A stretch of DNA of 35,293 nt from contig DASRJF010000079.1 of assembly GCA_035649615.1 (NCBI GenBank), positions 1 to 35,293 of the forward strand. Reading direction: 5' to 3'. Shown in pieces: positions 1-10,500 of the stretch. Both the position numbers and the translations under genes were made by a program. Under the pieces are notes generated by a model. That model was given only the letters and a program-made list of their open reading frames with translations, did no database searches and had not been told where the DNA came from. Numbering within the stretch: the first letter of the stretch is position 1; each line of letters opens with the position of its first letter. The DNA is from Planctomycetota bacterium (GTDB taxonomy: Bacteria > Planctomycetota > MHYJ01 > JACPRB01).

Positions 1-1976
1 GGCTCGCCCGACAGGCGCTCGCGGGCCGCCTCGACCATGCGCTCGAAATGGCCCGCGCTCTTCCAGGCCGTCCGCGCCCGCTCCCACGCCTCGAGGCGCT
101 GCGCGCCCCCGCGGCGGGCGATCCGCTCGAACACCTCGCCCGCCCCGAGATAGGCGTGGCGCTTGACGAGCGTGGCTCCCAGGTCGAGACCCCACTTCTC
201 CCCGGACGCGACATCGGTCGAGTGGAGATAGTGGTGCGCGATCGACTCCATCTTTTCGAAGGAGACCTGGCCGCCGCAATTCTCGAGGCCGCGCGCGACT
301 TGCAGGTGAAGCGTCGCGCGGCGCGCTTCGGGAATCGTCTCCTCGATCGAGCGGCGCAGGAACGCGGACGTGAGCTTCCAGCCGCCGTCCGCCGCGTCCG
401 CCCACCCCAGGTCCAGCAGCTTCTCGAGCGCCTCCGCGGCCCCGGCGAAGCCCGTCACGGCCCGGATCTCCCTCAGGGGAAGCGGGCGCGTCAGGAGGGC
501 GAGGAATTCGAGCGTCTCGCGCGTGACCCCATCCAGCTCCGCGACCCGCTTCGCGACCGACGTCTTCCGGTCCTCGGTCAGCGCCAGCCGCGCCTCGGGG
601 AGCAGGCGGAGCGCGCCGTCGGCGACGGTCACCCGGTCGTGGGACGCGTCGAGCAGTTCGCGCGCGAGGCCGGCATGGCCGCGCGACGCCGCCGCCAGCT
701 CGTCGATCAGGGCGGCCGAGGGGGTCGCCCCGCCCGCCCAGGAACGCGCCAGCTGCGAGAGCTCCGGCCGCTCCAGCGGCTCGAGGTCGATCGCGAGGGC
801 CCGCTCGCGCGGGAAAGGCGCCGTGCGCGACGACGCGATGAGCACCAGCCGCGACGTGTTCCGCATGGGGAGGACTTGGGCGAGGTGTTCCGCGAGGGCG
901 CGGCTGTCCCGGTCACCCAGGTCGAGATCGTCGAAGACGAGGGCGAGAGGAACCTCCTCCGCCGCGGACAGGAGCGCGCGCGTGACGCCCAGCCGCAATT
1001 CGGAGGCGTCGCCGAAGCGCCGTTCCAGGATCTCGCGCGGAAACCCTGACGGCCCAAGCATTTCCAGCGCGGCACGAGCCTGTTCGTAGGGGGTGCGCCC
1101 GCCGTCCGCCGCCCCCGAGATTCCCACGAGGAAGCCGCGGGTCTGGGCCTCGATTCTCGCCTGGTCGAGCACGGCGGACCGGCCGGAGCCGGACTCGCCA
1201 TAGACGGAGACGACGCGGTGGCCCGGCGTCCGGGCCAGGGCGGCATCGAGGAGTTCCCCGAGATTCTTGAGCTCCCGGTCGCGCCCGAAGATGCGAAGGT
1301 CGCGGCCGACTTGCTCGACGACGCGCGGATCGATGGCCCGCGCCGCCGCGAGGACGGCGTCCGGCTCCTCGATCCGCAGGCCCGGCTTCGACGTGACCAA
1401 CCGGTCCAGGAGATCGCGGATCGGCGACACGCCCTCGGGAAGCAGCTTGAGGAGATGGCGGCCGAACGAGCGCAGGTCTTCCGCGATGGACGCGTCCGGA
1501 CCCGCGAGCCCGAGGTCGATCAGCTTCACCGAAATCTCGGAGCCGCTGCGGCGGATGACGATGTTGCCCGGGTGCAGGTCGCCGTGGGCGATACCGCTGC
1601 GGCGCAGGTGATCGAGCGCGCCGACGACCTGGACGATGATCTGCAGCGCGACGTCCGGTCCCCGGTTCGTGCGCCGCCTCATGAACCGCCCGAGATCTTC
1701 TCCCTCGACGAACTCGGTCGTGTAGAAGCAGCGGCTGCCGGAGACGCCGAAGTCGAGCGCCTTGGGGAATCCCGGGTGCGCGATGCGCGAGAGCGCGGTG
1801 AATTCCCGTTTCAACTTGAGACGGCCGTCGGGCGAGGCGTCTCCCTCGAGGATCTTGACGGCGACCTCGAGATTCCGGCGTGAGTCGTCGTGGGCGAGGA
1901 ACGTCCGGGCCGTCGCACCCTGTCCCAGGGTGCGGACGATCCGATACCGGTCCGCCAAGACGACGGGTTCTTTCAC
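1..1976 (-). CDS. Protein-kinase-like domain fused to an AAA_16/STAND-type P-loop NTPase. The N-terminus is in the window and the C-terminus runs off the left edge.
   Basis: Not in the ORF track because there is no stop in the window. My translation of the minus strand starts at GTG 1976, with an in-frame TAA at 1980-1982 just upstream. It reads VKEPVVLADRYRIVRTLGQGATARTFLA..VAVKIL..IAHGDLHPGNIVI..LIDLGLAG, then VSVYGESGSGRSAVLD (P-loop) and LALVFDDLDL (Walker B-like). The frame stays open to position 1. Confidence 0.75.
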   Translation of the reverse strand, partial: MKEPVVLADRYRIVRTLGQGATARTFLAHDDSRRNLEVAVKILEGDASPDGRLKLKREFTALSRIAHPGFPKALDFGVSGSRCFYTTEFVEGEDLGRFMRRRTNRGPDVALQIIVQVVGALDHLRRSGIAHGDLHPGNIVIRRSGSEISVKLIDLGLAGPDASIAEDLRSFGRHLLKLLPEGVSPIRDLLDRLVTSKPGLRIEEPDAVLAAARAIDPRVVEQVGRDLRIFGRDRELKNLGELLDAALARTPGHRVVSVYGESGSGRSAVLDQARIEAQTRGFLVGISGAADGGRTPYEQARAALEMLGPSGFPREILERRFGDASELRLGVTRALLSAAEEVPLALVFDDLDLGDRDSRALAEHLAQVLPMRNTSRLVLIASSRTAPFPRERALAIDLEPLERPELSQLARSWAGGATPSAALIDELAAASRGHAGLARELLDASHDRVTVADGALRLLPEARLALTEDRKTSVAKRVAELDGVTRETLEFLALLTRPLPLREIRAVTGFAGAAEALEKLLDLGWADAADGGWKLTSAFLRRSIEETIPEARRATLHLQVARGLENCGGQVSFEKMESIAHHYLHSTDVASGEKWGLDLGATLVKRHAYLGAGEVFERIARRGGAQRLEAWERARTAWKSAGHFERMVEAARERLSGE

Positions 1977-2280
1977 GAGTTAGCGCGCCCCAATCCCAGA
2001 CAGTCTCCGGCCAGGCGCTCGTCTCTCCCCGGGCGGACCCTTACCGGCCGGATGAATTCAGAAGAAGTCTATCCTGCGGGGGGTCAAACGCAATAAAAAT
2101 ATGACTCTATTTGGGACAGGGGGGATTGGCCCGGGGGTTGCAGCGCAACCGCCTCAACCTCAAGGACTTAAAGTGAAAACGTGACCCTTGCCGCCGCCGT
2201 CGGGCGTGAAAATCTGCATTTCCGGGTGCGATTTCCTGGCGTTCGGGTGGGAATGCGACCGGATGAGGGCGAACGCGAAA

Positions 2281-3129
2281 TCAAGTCGTGATCGCGCCGA
2301 GGATGTCGAGGAAATCCTCGTCGCCGGAATAGGCCGCGAACTTTTGCCGCGAGGCGCTGATGTCCTCTTTCCACATGGCGAGCGTCCGCTTGCGGTCGAT
2401 GATCACGCACCGCCGCAGGTAGTCCATCGCCTCGTCTCGCCGGCCACGAACGGCCGCGAGGCCCGCCAGGTTGAACAGGCTCGAGAGATTCTTCGGATTG
2501 ATCTCCACCGCGCGCTTCCACGCGTCCTCGGCGCTGTCGTAGTCGCCGATGCAGACCGCGTACGAGAGTCCGAGCGTGCCGAGGACCTGGTCGTCCTCCG
2601 GAAGACGCTTGGAAATCTCCAGCGCCGCCTCGTGCGCCTGCTCCTTGCGCTCGAGGCCCATGTAGGCCTCCCAGAGCCCGAGGTAGATGTGCTTCGAGGC
2701 GAGCCCCTTGGCGATGGCGCGGCCGAACGCCGTCACCGCCTGGTCGGGATCGCCGACCTCGAGGAAGTAGTAGCCGAGGTATTCGTGCGCGGCGCCCAGC
2801 TCCTCATCCATGTCGAGCGCGCGCGTGTACTCCTGGAAGGCTTCCTGGAATTCGCCCCGGCTCTGGTGCAGCCGTCCCATGCTGACGTGCGCGTCGGCCG
2901 TCTCCTGGTACCGGAGCGACCGTTCGAAATCGATGCCCGCCCGGTCCATCGCCCCGGCCTCCGCCTGGGCGATGCCCCGGAGGTTCAAGGCGGCCGCGAT
3001 CGCGCTCTTCACCTCACGGTCGTCCGGATACTTCTCCGTGAGGTGCATCAACCGGGCCAGCGCCTCCTGGTGGCGGCCCTTGGCGAGCTGCTCCCGCGAC
3101 TGCTTCAGTCCCTGGGTCAGATCCTCCAT
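2281..3129 (-). CDS. TPR-repeat protein
   Basis: Track ORF 2281..3225. I prefer the internal ATG at 3129 (MEDLTQGLKQ) because GGGAG lies 4 nt upstream. The sequence is a run of TPR-like hairpins, e.g. AHEYLGYYFLEVGDPDQAVTAFGRAI and GTLGLSYAVCIGDYDSAEDAWKRAVEINP. Confidence 0.8.
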   Translation of the reverse strand: MEDLTQGLKQSREQLAKGRHQEALARLMHLTEKYPDDREVKSAIAAALNLRGIAQAEAGAMDRAGIDFERSLRYQETADAHVSMGRLHQSRGEFQEAFQEYTRALDMDEELGAAHEYLGYYFLEVGDPDQAVTAFGRAIAKGLASKHIYLGLWEAYMGLERKEQAHEAALEISKRLPEDDQVLGTLGLSYAVCIGDYDSAEDAWKRAVEINPKNLSSLFNLAGLAAVRGRRDEAMDYLRRCVIIDRKRTLAMWKEDISASRQKFAAYSGDEDFLDILGAITT

Positions 3130-3260
3130 GACGCTCCCGTAGTTCGCGGCCGGGCCCGGCCCTCGATATCGACTCCGGGCATTAGACGCCCCGCGATCAC
3201 CGCTGTTACTACCTATCGAACGCAACGGGCTGCCAACTTGTTCCCCATTGTTTATTTATA

Positions 3261-3284
3261 CGACGAAAATCCCGTTCTCACGGG
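3261..3284 (-). terminator. Weak intrinsic terminator candidate after the M61 peptidase gene
   Basis: The minus strand reads CCCGT-GAGA-ACGGG followed by ATTTTCGTCG, starting 9 nt after the stop at 3293. The stem is only 5 bp. Confidence 0.35.
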
Positions 3285-3292
3285 GCAATTCA

Positions 3293-5071
3293 TCACTTGG
3301 AAGGAGCCAGCCACCCCCTCAGCAGGGCCTTCTGGGCTTCGGTCGGATCGGCGGCAACCTTGACCGCATAGGGACCTTCGACAATCGCCAGTTCCTTCTG
3401 AAGGGGGTCCTTCTCTCCCTGCCGGGTGAATTCAACGATGACCTTGTCTCCCAGGGACCAGGGTTCCAGCGCCTTGTACAGCTGGTCCTGGTTCGCGACC
3501 GGTTTGTTCGCGATCTTGACGATCCGGTCGTTCCGGCGCACGTCCGCCTTCTTGGCTTCGCTGTCCGCCGCGGGTTCGACCACCCTCATGCCCTGCAGGG
3601 AAATGGACAGCGCCTTGCGTCGGGTCAACGAGAGCCCCGCCTCCTGGGCGACCTCGACATACGGGAGCTCTTCGGTTCCTGATACATATCTTGTAAAGAA
3701 CTCGGTGAAGTCCTTGCCGGAAACCTCGTTCACCGCATTGAGGATTTCCCCCTCCTCGAATCCCACCCCGATCGGCCCCTTTCCTTGCTTGGCCGGCTCG
3801 ATGACCCCCGTGCGGTACAGGTGCCTCATCACGTCGTCGAAGGACTTCTTGCCTTCCGTGGCGTGGCGAATCTTCAGGTCGAGCAGCCACCCGAGGAGCT
3901 CGCCCTTGGTGTAGTAGTCGATCCACGCGGTGAAATTCGGGCCGCGGTCCCAGACGGTCCACGCGGCTTGTTCGACGGACTGCGTCTTGCGGTCGGGATC
4001 GGCCTGGAGCTCGTTCACCTCGCGCGCGAGATGGTCGAGGTAGACGTCGCGTGTCCAGACTCCCGCGCGGGCCAGGCTCAGGTCGCCGTAGTAGCTCGTC
4101 ACGCCCTCGCAGAGCCACAAGGCCTTGGAGCGGACCGGCCGCGTGTAATCGAACGGCCCGAGCTCCTTCGGCCGGATCCGCTTCACGTTCCAGAGATGGA
4201 AGAATTCGTGCGACGTGATGCTGGCGATGCTGGCGGGATCGTCCTTGACCCGGCTCATCGGGAACGTGATGTGGGTCGAATTGAGATGCTCCAGGCCGGC
4301 GCCCCCCATCTGGTTGCGGAAGTGGTAAATGATGACGTATCGTTCAAACGGCGCCCCGCCGAACATCCGCGTCTGCTCGGCGACGATCTTGCGGCACGTC
4401 TCCACGAGCTTGGCAACGTTGAACTCCTCCGTGGCATGCAGGACGAGTTCGTACGTGACCCCGTCATGCTCGAACTTCTGGAGCGAGAATGTTCCGAGCT
4501 CGATCGGGCAGTCGATGAACGTGTCGTAGTCCCGCTCGCCGTAGTGCGCCGGCCCCAGCTTCTTGAGCCCCGTCCCCACGTTCCATCCCGTGGGAAGTTT
4601 GAACGTGACCCGGTGGGGACCGTCCAGGTGGTCCAGGACAAAGAGCCACGCCGCCGGCCCCTGCAGGTCGTAGTGGTCCGCCGTGAGGTTGCCTCGAAGC
4701 TGGGGGACGTCGGCCGGCTTGTTCGTGTACCGGATCGTGAAGGTCGGCGCGCGACCGGTCTTCACCTTCCACAGCGATTTGTGATCCGTCGCCGTCACGT
4801 CGACTTTCTTGCCGCCGACTTCGGCCTCGAGGTCACTGATCGCGAGGAAATAGGAAACGGTCCGGTAGGACCCCGGGGCCCACGTCGGAATGCCGATCGT
4901 GACCTCGTCGTCGCGGTTGTTCTCGACCCGCATCTCGACCTTGACCGCCCCGGACTTCGGCTCGGTCACGTCGAGGGTGTACGACACCGAGACCGGTGGC
5001 CGGGCTTCGTCCTGGGCGGCGAGCGCCGGCCCGATGAGCAGCGGGAGAAAGAACAGGAGTGCGCGTTTCAT
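3293..5071 (-). CDS. Secreted M61-family (glycyl aminopeptidase-like) zinc metallopeptidase with C-terminal PDZ domain
   Basis: Signal peptide MKRALLFFLPLLIGPALAAQ. HExxH motif in SITSHEFFHLWNVKRIRP. PDZ-like GMRVVEPAADSEAKKADVRRNDRIVKIANKPV. GGAGGA lies 6 nt upstream of the ATG. Confidence 0.9.
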   Translation of the reverse strand: MKRALLFFLPLLIGPALAAQDEARPPVSVSYTLDVTEPKSGAVKVEMRVENNRDDEVTIGIPTWAPGSYRTVSYFLAISDLEAEVGGKKVDVTATDHKSLWKVKTGRAPTFTIRYTNKPADVPQLRGNLTADHYDLQGPAAWLFVLDHLDGPHRVTFKLPTGWNVGTGLKKLGPAHYGERDYDTFIDCPIELGTFSLQKFEHDGVTYELVLHATEEFNVAKLVETCRKIVAEQTRMFGGAPFERYVIIYHFRNQMGGAGLEHLNSTHITFPMSRVKDDPASIASITSHEFFHLWNVKRIRPKELGPFDYTRPVRSKALWLCEGVTSYYGDLSLARAGVWTRDVYLDHLAREVNELQADPDRKTQSVEQAAWTVWDRGPNFTAWIDYYTKGELLGWLLDLKIRHATEGKKSFDDVMRHLYRTGVIEPAKQGKGPIGVGFEEGEILNAVNEVSGKDFTEFFTRYVSGTEELPYVEVAQEAGLSLTRRKALSISLQGMRVVEPAADSEAKKADVRRNDRIVKIANKPVANQDQLYKALEPWSLGDKVIVEFTRQGEKDPLQKELAIVEGPYAVKVAADPTEAQKALLRGWLAPSK

Positions 5072-5114
5072 CCAGGATCCTCCAGGGCGGTTTATACCAA
5101 GCCGACACCGGATT

Positions 5115-6728
5115 TCATGCCGCGCGGAAATAATCGCCCAGGGCTTCCTCGCGGCGGAGCAGGGCGCGCTCCGAGATCTTCAAGCCGATCGCGTAGAGCG
5201 CGCCGGCATACGCCAGGCCCGCGAACGCGACGAGGATCGCCACGGGTTTCCCCTGCACCAGCAGGGAAACCGCCAGCACGGGGGAGAGCAGGGCGAACGT
5301 CAGCAGGTACAGCAGGGACCGCGCCAGCATCATGAGGCAGCCGCTTTCATCCCGCCGAGACACGCGCTGGCCCGGGGCGAGAAAGGGCATCGGAAAGTAG
5401 ACGGACGTCACGTTGCCGAGAGCGAAGACCACCAGCAGCGCCGAGAAATGGGACGCCAGCCCCGCCGGAATCCGCTCCGGCACGCCGGTCGCCGCCGCGA
5501 GGACGACCAGGACCACCGCGTTGAACGGCGCGAAAAGAGCGAAGTACGCGAGGTTCTTTCCCAGGAACAGGTGGCGGCGCGACGCGGGGAACCAGAGGAG
5601 GTTCCGCACCGCCGCGCCCTCGAAGCCGAAAATGTTCGTGAGGAAGAACATCTCGACGAAGAGCAGGATGAATCCGCCCACCGCCAGCGCTTCCGACTTC
5701 GCGCCCCCCGAGCGGACGACAAAGAGCATGACGAACGGGACGAGAATGTAGAAGACGCTCGAGAGCACCCGGTGCCGGACCACGGGGTCCCGGAAGAAGA
5801 TGGCCAGTTCCTTGCGCGTGACGGCGGCCGCGGCCGGACCCACCCCCCTGAGGACGGCCCGCGAGATTCCCTTGAGGAAGGGGACGCGGGCCGACCCCGC
5901 GTCCCGCTTCGGCCGGTGCTGGAAGATCGGCTCCGAAAAGGCCAGCCGCTCCTCCGCCCAGCCCCCCGCGCGATGGATGAGCGCCGTCACGAGAGCGAAA
6001 GCCCCGAATCCGGCGGCGGATCGGGCCCCGTCCAGCTGGTAGGCCCACGAGAGCCAGACGCCGGGGCACCACGCCAGCCAGGCGGAGGGACCGCCGGACT
6101 CCGCGAACCGCTTGACCGCGGCCACGGCCTCCACCCCCGACTCGGTCCGGAACAGCTGCGTCGCGACATACATGCCGCCGCCGATCAACGTCGAGATCAG
6201 GACAGCCGCGTCGCGCCACCGCCGGCTCGTCAGGACGGCGAGGAACGTCAGCCGGATCAGGCGCGCCGTCATCTGCAGGTGGGCGATGAGGAGCACGAAG
6301 AGGAGCGCCCGCACGACCCTCTCGAAGGGGTCGCCGGGAACGCCGACGGCGAATCCCGCGAGGAGGGCGCCTCCGAAGATCGACGCCATCCCGATGAAGG
6401 AAGCCAGCGTGCTTCCCAGGAACAAAGTCCGGGGCACCACGGGGAAGGACGCCAATCGCGCAGGGTCGTACAAGTCGTTGAAGCTGCCCGAGTAGAGCCA
6501 GAAGAAATAGATGACCGCGAACGCGAGGTGGACCAGTTCCCAGGACATCCCCGGCGGCTGCTTCTCGAAGAGAAGGCCGAGCGTCGCGCTCGAATAGAAG
6601 AACAGCCCCGCGGCGATCGCGAGCGACACGATCAGCGACACTCCGGCGCCGATCTTCCGGGATCGCCCTCCCGCCCGCAGGAGGTACTTCCATCGGAGGT
6701 AGGCCAGCAACCGCAGGTGACGGATCAT
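5115..6728 (-). CDS. ABC exporter permease, polytopic membrane protein of about 537 aa
   Basis: This is the C-terminal part of track ORF 5115..7571, starting at MIRHLRLLAYLRWKYLL (ATG 6728). Upstream of that the long ORF is Arg-rich shadow overlapping the ATPase gene. There are many hydrophobic helices. The ATG overlaps the ATPase stop (ATGA at 6725-6728). Confidence 0.8.
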   Translation of the reverse strand: MIRHLRLLAYLRWKYLLRAGGRSRKIGAGVSLIVSLAIAAGLFFYSSATLGLLFEKQPPGMSWELVHLAFAVIYFFWLYSGSFNDLYDPARLASFPVVPRTLFLGSTLASFIGMASIFGGALLAGFAVGVPGDPFERVVRALLFVLLIAHLQMTARLIRLTFLAVLTSRRWRDAAVLISTLIGGGMYVATQLFRTESGVEAVAAVKRFAESGGPSAWLAWCPGVWLSWAYQLDGARSAAGFGAFALVTALIHRAGGWAEERLAFSEPIFQHRPKRDAGSARVPFLKGISRAVLRGVGPAAAAVTRKELAIFFRDPVVRHRVLSSVFYILVPFVMLFVVRSGGAKSEALAVGGFILLFVEMFFLTNIFGFEGAAVRNLLWFPASRRHLFLGKNLAYFALFAPFNAVVLVVLAAATGVPERIPAGLASHFSALLVVFALGNVTSVYFPMPFLAPGQRVSRRDESGCLMMLARSLLYLLTFALLSPVLAVSLLVQGKPVAILVAFAGLAYAGALYAIGLKISERALLRREEALGDYFRAA

Positions 6729-7525
6729 GACGGGCTCGGCGGCGGGCTTCCCACCCAGTCGAGGTCTCCCCCCTGCGACACGGTCCGCCCGACCAGCGTG
6801 ACGAAGACGTCGTCCAGCGCCGCGGCGGGCCCGAGTCCCGCCTGGGCGCCCAATTCCGCCACGGTGCCGATGCCGCGGAGCCGGCCCTCGTGGATGACCG
6901 CGATCCGCGTGCAGAGCTTCTCCACCACTTCGAGCACGTGCGACGTGTAGAAGATCGTCAACCCCTTTGCGGTCAGTCCCTGGAGCACCTTCTGGATGAC
7001 CTGGGTCGAGATCGCGTCGATGCCGTTGAAGGGCTCGTCGAGGAAGAGCACCTCGGGCCCGTGGATCAGGGCGCAGGCGAGCGCCGCCTTCTTCCGCATT
7101 CCCAGCGAATAGTCGATGACGAGGCGCGCGCGGTCCGCGGGCTCCAGGTCCACGAGGTCGAGCAGCCGCCCGGCCCGCCGCTCCGCCTCCTCTTCCGCCA
7201 CGCCGTGCATGAGGCCGCTGAAGACGACGAGCTCCCAGCCGGTGAGGCGGTCGAACGTCTCGATCGTGTCGGGGAGGATGCCGATCCGCGCCTTGACCCC
7301 GAGCGGGTCCGCCGCGACATCGCGGCCGGCGACGAGGACCTGGCCCGACGTGGGCTTCATCAGGCCGCAGAGCATCTTGATCGTGGTCGTCTTCCCCGCG
7401 CCGTTCGGTCCGAGGAAGCCGAAGAACTCCCCGCGTCCGACCGTGAAGGAGACGCTGTCGACCGCGAGCTTCTCCTTGAATCGCTTGGTGAGATCGACGG
7501 CGGCGATGCGGGGGGCGTCGTTCAT
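6725..7525 (-). CDS. ABC transporter ATP-binding protein
   Basis: Walker A GPNGAGKTT. Signature-like YSLGMRKKAALACAL. Walker B VLFLDEPFNGID. H-loop YTSHVLE. The ATG overlaps the stop of the upstream kinase (ATGA at 7522-7525). Confidence 0.93.
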   Translation of the reverse strand: MNDAPRIAAVDLTKRFKEKLAVDSVSFTVGRGEFFGFLGPNGAGKTTTIKMLCGLMKPTSGQVLVAGRDVAADPLGVKARIGILPDTIETFDRLTGWELVVFSGLMHGVAEEEAERRAGRLLDLVDLEPADRARLVIDYSLGMRKKAALACALIHGPEVLFLDEPFNGIDAISTQVIQKVLQGLTAKGLTIFYTSHVLEVVEKLCTRIAVIHEGRLRGIGTVAELGAQAGLGPAAALDDVFVTLVGRTVSQGGDLDWVGSPPPSPS

Positions 7526-10500
7526 TTCGCGAGGGGCTCGTAGGCGTACCGGCGGAGGAGGCCGTCGTCACCGCCGACGAAGACCGACGCTCCGTCGGCG
7601 GCGCACAGGACCGACCGCGCGGCGGCGAAGCCCGTCGCGGGGGCCACCCGGGCGTCCCCCAGGCGGACGAGGAAGACGCGCCGGCCGGCGACGACCGCGG
7701 CGCCCGCCGCGGACACGCTCAGGCCGGTGGGGGATTCGGGAAGCGGGATGGAGCGTTCGACGCGCCCCCCGGCGGCGTCGATGACGAAGAGCTTCTTCGC
7801 CAAGGTGGCGACCAGGAGCTTCGCGCCGTCGGGCGTGAAGGAGAGCAGGGCGCCGTCTCCGACGGCTTCCCCGAGGTCGACGGGCCGCTTGGCGAACGTG
7901 TCGCGCGCCCACAGGTAGACCTGCGTGTCGTTCTTGCGCTCGTCGACCACGCTCTTGTTCCCCTCGCGCTTCCACGTCCGGTAGGTGCCTCCGCCGGTGG
8001 CGAAATAGCTTCCGGCCGGCGGCACGGCGATCGAGCCGTGGGCCTGGCCCCGGTCCGACGTCGGATTCCCCGCCCCGGATTTTTCAGTGTCGAGCACGTC
8101 GAGCGTGTAGACGTCGGTTCCGCCGCGATCGTCGCCCGGGGTCAGCCGGACGCGCAGGACCAGGAAGCCGTCGAAAGGGGCGAGGCGCGTCGCCGTGACC
8201 GGCACTTTCAATCCGGACGTTTCGACGTGGAGGTGGCGCGACTTCCCGTTCTCCCAGATGGCGACCTGCTCCGTCTCGGGCCCGTCGATTCCCGCGGGGC
8301 CCGTCAGTCCGGCGAGCCGCAGGCCGTCCTTCTCGATGAGCGCCGCGTAGAAGGGCTTGGGACCTCCCTTCACGGGGGGAGAATCGAGTTTCAGATCCTC
8401 CGCTCCCCAGACCGCGAACGACCCGAAACCGGCGCCGATGCCGACGACCCGGCCGTCCGCGGCGGCCGAGAGTTCATCGACGGGTCCTTTCGCGGCCGCC
8501 GCCGCCTTCTCGACGTAGAGATCGGCCCACAGGTCGCTCTCGAGATCTTTCAGTTCAGGCGCGCCTGGATTCTCGACCGCGGCCGCCCGCGCATGCCGGA
8601 CCGCCGCTGCGCGGTCGCCGCCCGCCAGGGCCGCCTTGGCCAGGCCGAGCGACCCCGGGCCCTTCAGCTCGTCGACGATCGCGCGGGCCTCCGCCGAATC
8701 GCCCCGGAGCGCGAGCGCCTTCTGCGCGGCGGCCAGGGCCTCGGCCCTCTTTCCATCCCCCTTGAAACGGCGCGCCTCGGCAAGGTGCTCGAGGAATCGG
8801 TTCTCGTCCCTGATTTTCCCGTGGCGGGCGCCGGAGGGCAGCAGCTTCTCGGCCTCCGCCAGGTATTTCCGCGCCTCGTCGAAGTTCCCCGCCCTGGCTT
8901 TCTCCACCGCCTTGTCGCATTCCGCCGCGTAGAGCGATCGCACTTCCTCCTCGGCCTTGCGGACGAGCGCTTCCGTCGCGGAGTCCGCCTTCAGCGAATA
9001 CGCCTCCTGGTACGCGGCCAGCGCCTCCGGCCACAGCTGCGACGCCTCGGCCTGTTTTCCGCGGGCCAGGGCGGCCTGCCACTTCCGACCCTGCTCGATG
9101 GAGCGCGAGAAGCCCGCCCGCTGGGCGGGGTCGACCCGTTCGAGCAGTTTTTCCGCCGCTTCCCAATCTCCCTGGTCGATCGCCAGCTGGATCTGCGGCA
9201 GGACGCCACCCGCCTGGTCCGCCTGCTTCTTCTTTTCATCCAGCTTGTCGCGAAGGGAGATCGCCTCCCCCTTCCGCTTCGGGCCGGAGAGGCGGATCGC
9301 CTGGTTGACGTCATTCAACGCCAGCGCGTACATGTCGTACGTCCCGTGATCGAGCGCCAGCCGGGCGGCGGCCAGGCGAAGGATGATCGCGGTCGGATGG
9401 AGGTCGATTCCCGCGCGCAATTTGTCCCACGCTCCCTGGAAATTCCGGTTCCGCACGAGCGCGTCCGCCTCTCCCGCTGCTTTCGCGGCCGATGATTCCT
9501 GCTCGCGAAGCTCGCGGGCGCGGCGCTCTCCGTCCTGCGCTTCGGAGGATTGGGGCTTCAAGTCGCGCGCCTTCTTGAAGAGCCTCTCGGCCTTGGCGAA
9601 GTCCTCGTCGGCCAGCGCGGCCTCGGCCTCTTTCATGATTCCGGCGAACTCGGTGCCCGGGGTGTCGACGACCGGAGGAGCCGGAGGGCTTCCCTTCGAG
9701 TTCTGGGCGAGCTTCTGGAGCAGGTAAATCCCTCCGATGCCCGCGGCGGTGACGAGCGCCAGCACGGCCGCCACCGCGATCAAGATCGGCGCCTTCGACT
9801 TCCGGGCCGGGATTGGGATCGAAGCCGCGGCCGCGGGGGCCGGCGGCGACGGCGAGGTGACCGCCGGGCGCGCGGGAGTCGAGGGAAGGACCGATGCCGC
9901 GTCGGAGCGAAGGGTGACTTCCGCCGCGGAGATCGAGGCGAGGTTCTGGAGCGAGGCGAGCGTGAATTCGGTGGTGGATTCCCCCCCGAGCGACTGCCGG
10001 CAGGCCTTGAGTCCCTCGCGCAGGATCCCGGCGTTCGCGTAGCGGGCCTCGGGCCGCTTCGCGAGACACGTGTCGATGAGCACGTCCGTGGGCCGGCTCA
10101 CGCTGGGATTGATCTGCCGCACCGGGACGTGCGGTTCGTCGCTCGTCTTCTTCAGGACATTGAGCACCGTCGTGCCCGTGAACGGGGCCGCGCCGGTCAG
10201 CAGGTTGTAGAGCGTCGCGCCCATGGCGAAGATGTCCGCCGACGGCCCCGCGCCTTTCGCGTTCTCGGCCTGCTCCGGCGCCATGTAGCCGGGCGTCCCC
10301 ATGGCCACGTTCGTGCCCGTCAGGCCGAGCGACAGGTCCTCCGAGTGCACCTTCGCCAGGCCGAGGTCCATGAGCTTCGCCTTCCGGTACTGCGGCTCGC
10401 CCTCCGCCGAGAGGGGGATGATGATGTTCTCGGGCTTGATGTCGCGGTGCACGAACCGCTCCTCGTGGGCGGCCGCGAGTCCGTCGCTGACCGTCAGGAG

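Noticed and set aside
48-1049. Long plus-strand ORFs rich in Arg/Pro/Gly/Glu. Examples are 48..1049, 2188..3363, 3785..5335, 4890..6950, 8038..9495, 9550..11781, 14163..18158, 18341..21007, 22418..23878 and 30124..31194. Equivalent minus-strand ORFs include 9311..11242, 10968..13232, 14071..15762, 20320..21873 and 27029..29281.
   Set aside because: They lie antisense to, or out of frame within, genes that have clear domain motifs. Their low-complexity R/P/G composition is what stop-poor GC-rich DNA produces in non-coding frames. None contains a motif I recognise.
6729-7571. N-terminal 280 aa of the 818-aa track ORF 5115..7571
   Set aside because: This part is Arg-rich shadow overlapping the well-supported ABC ATPase gene in another frame. 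The membrane protein begins at ATG 6728, which overlaps the ATPase stop.
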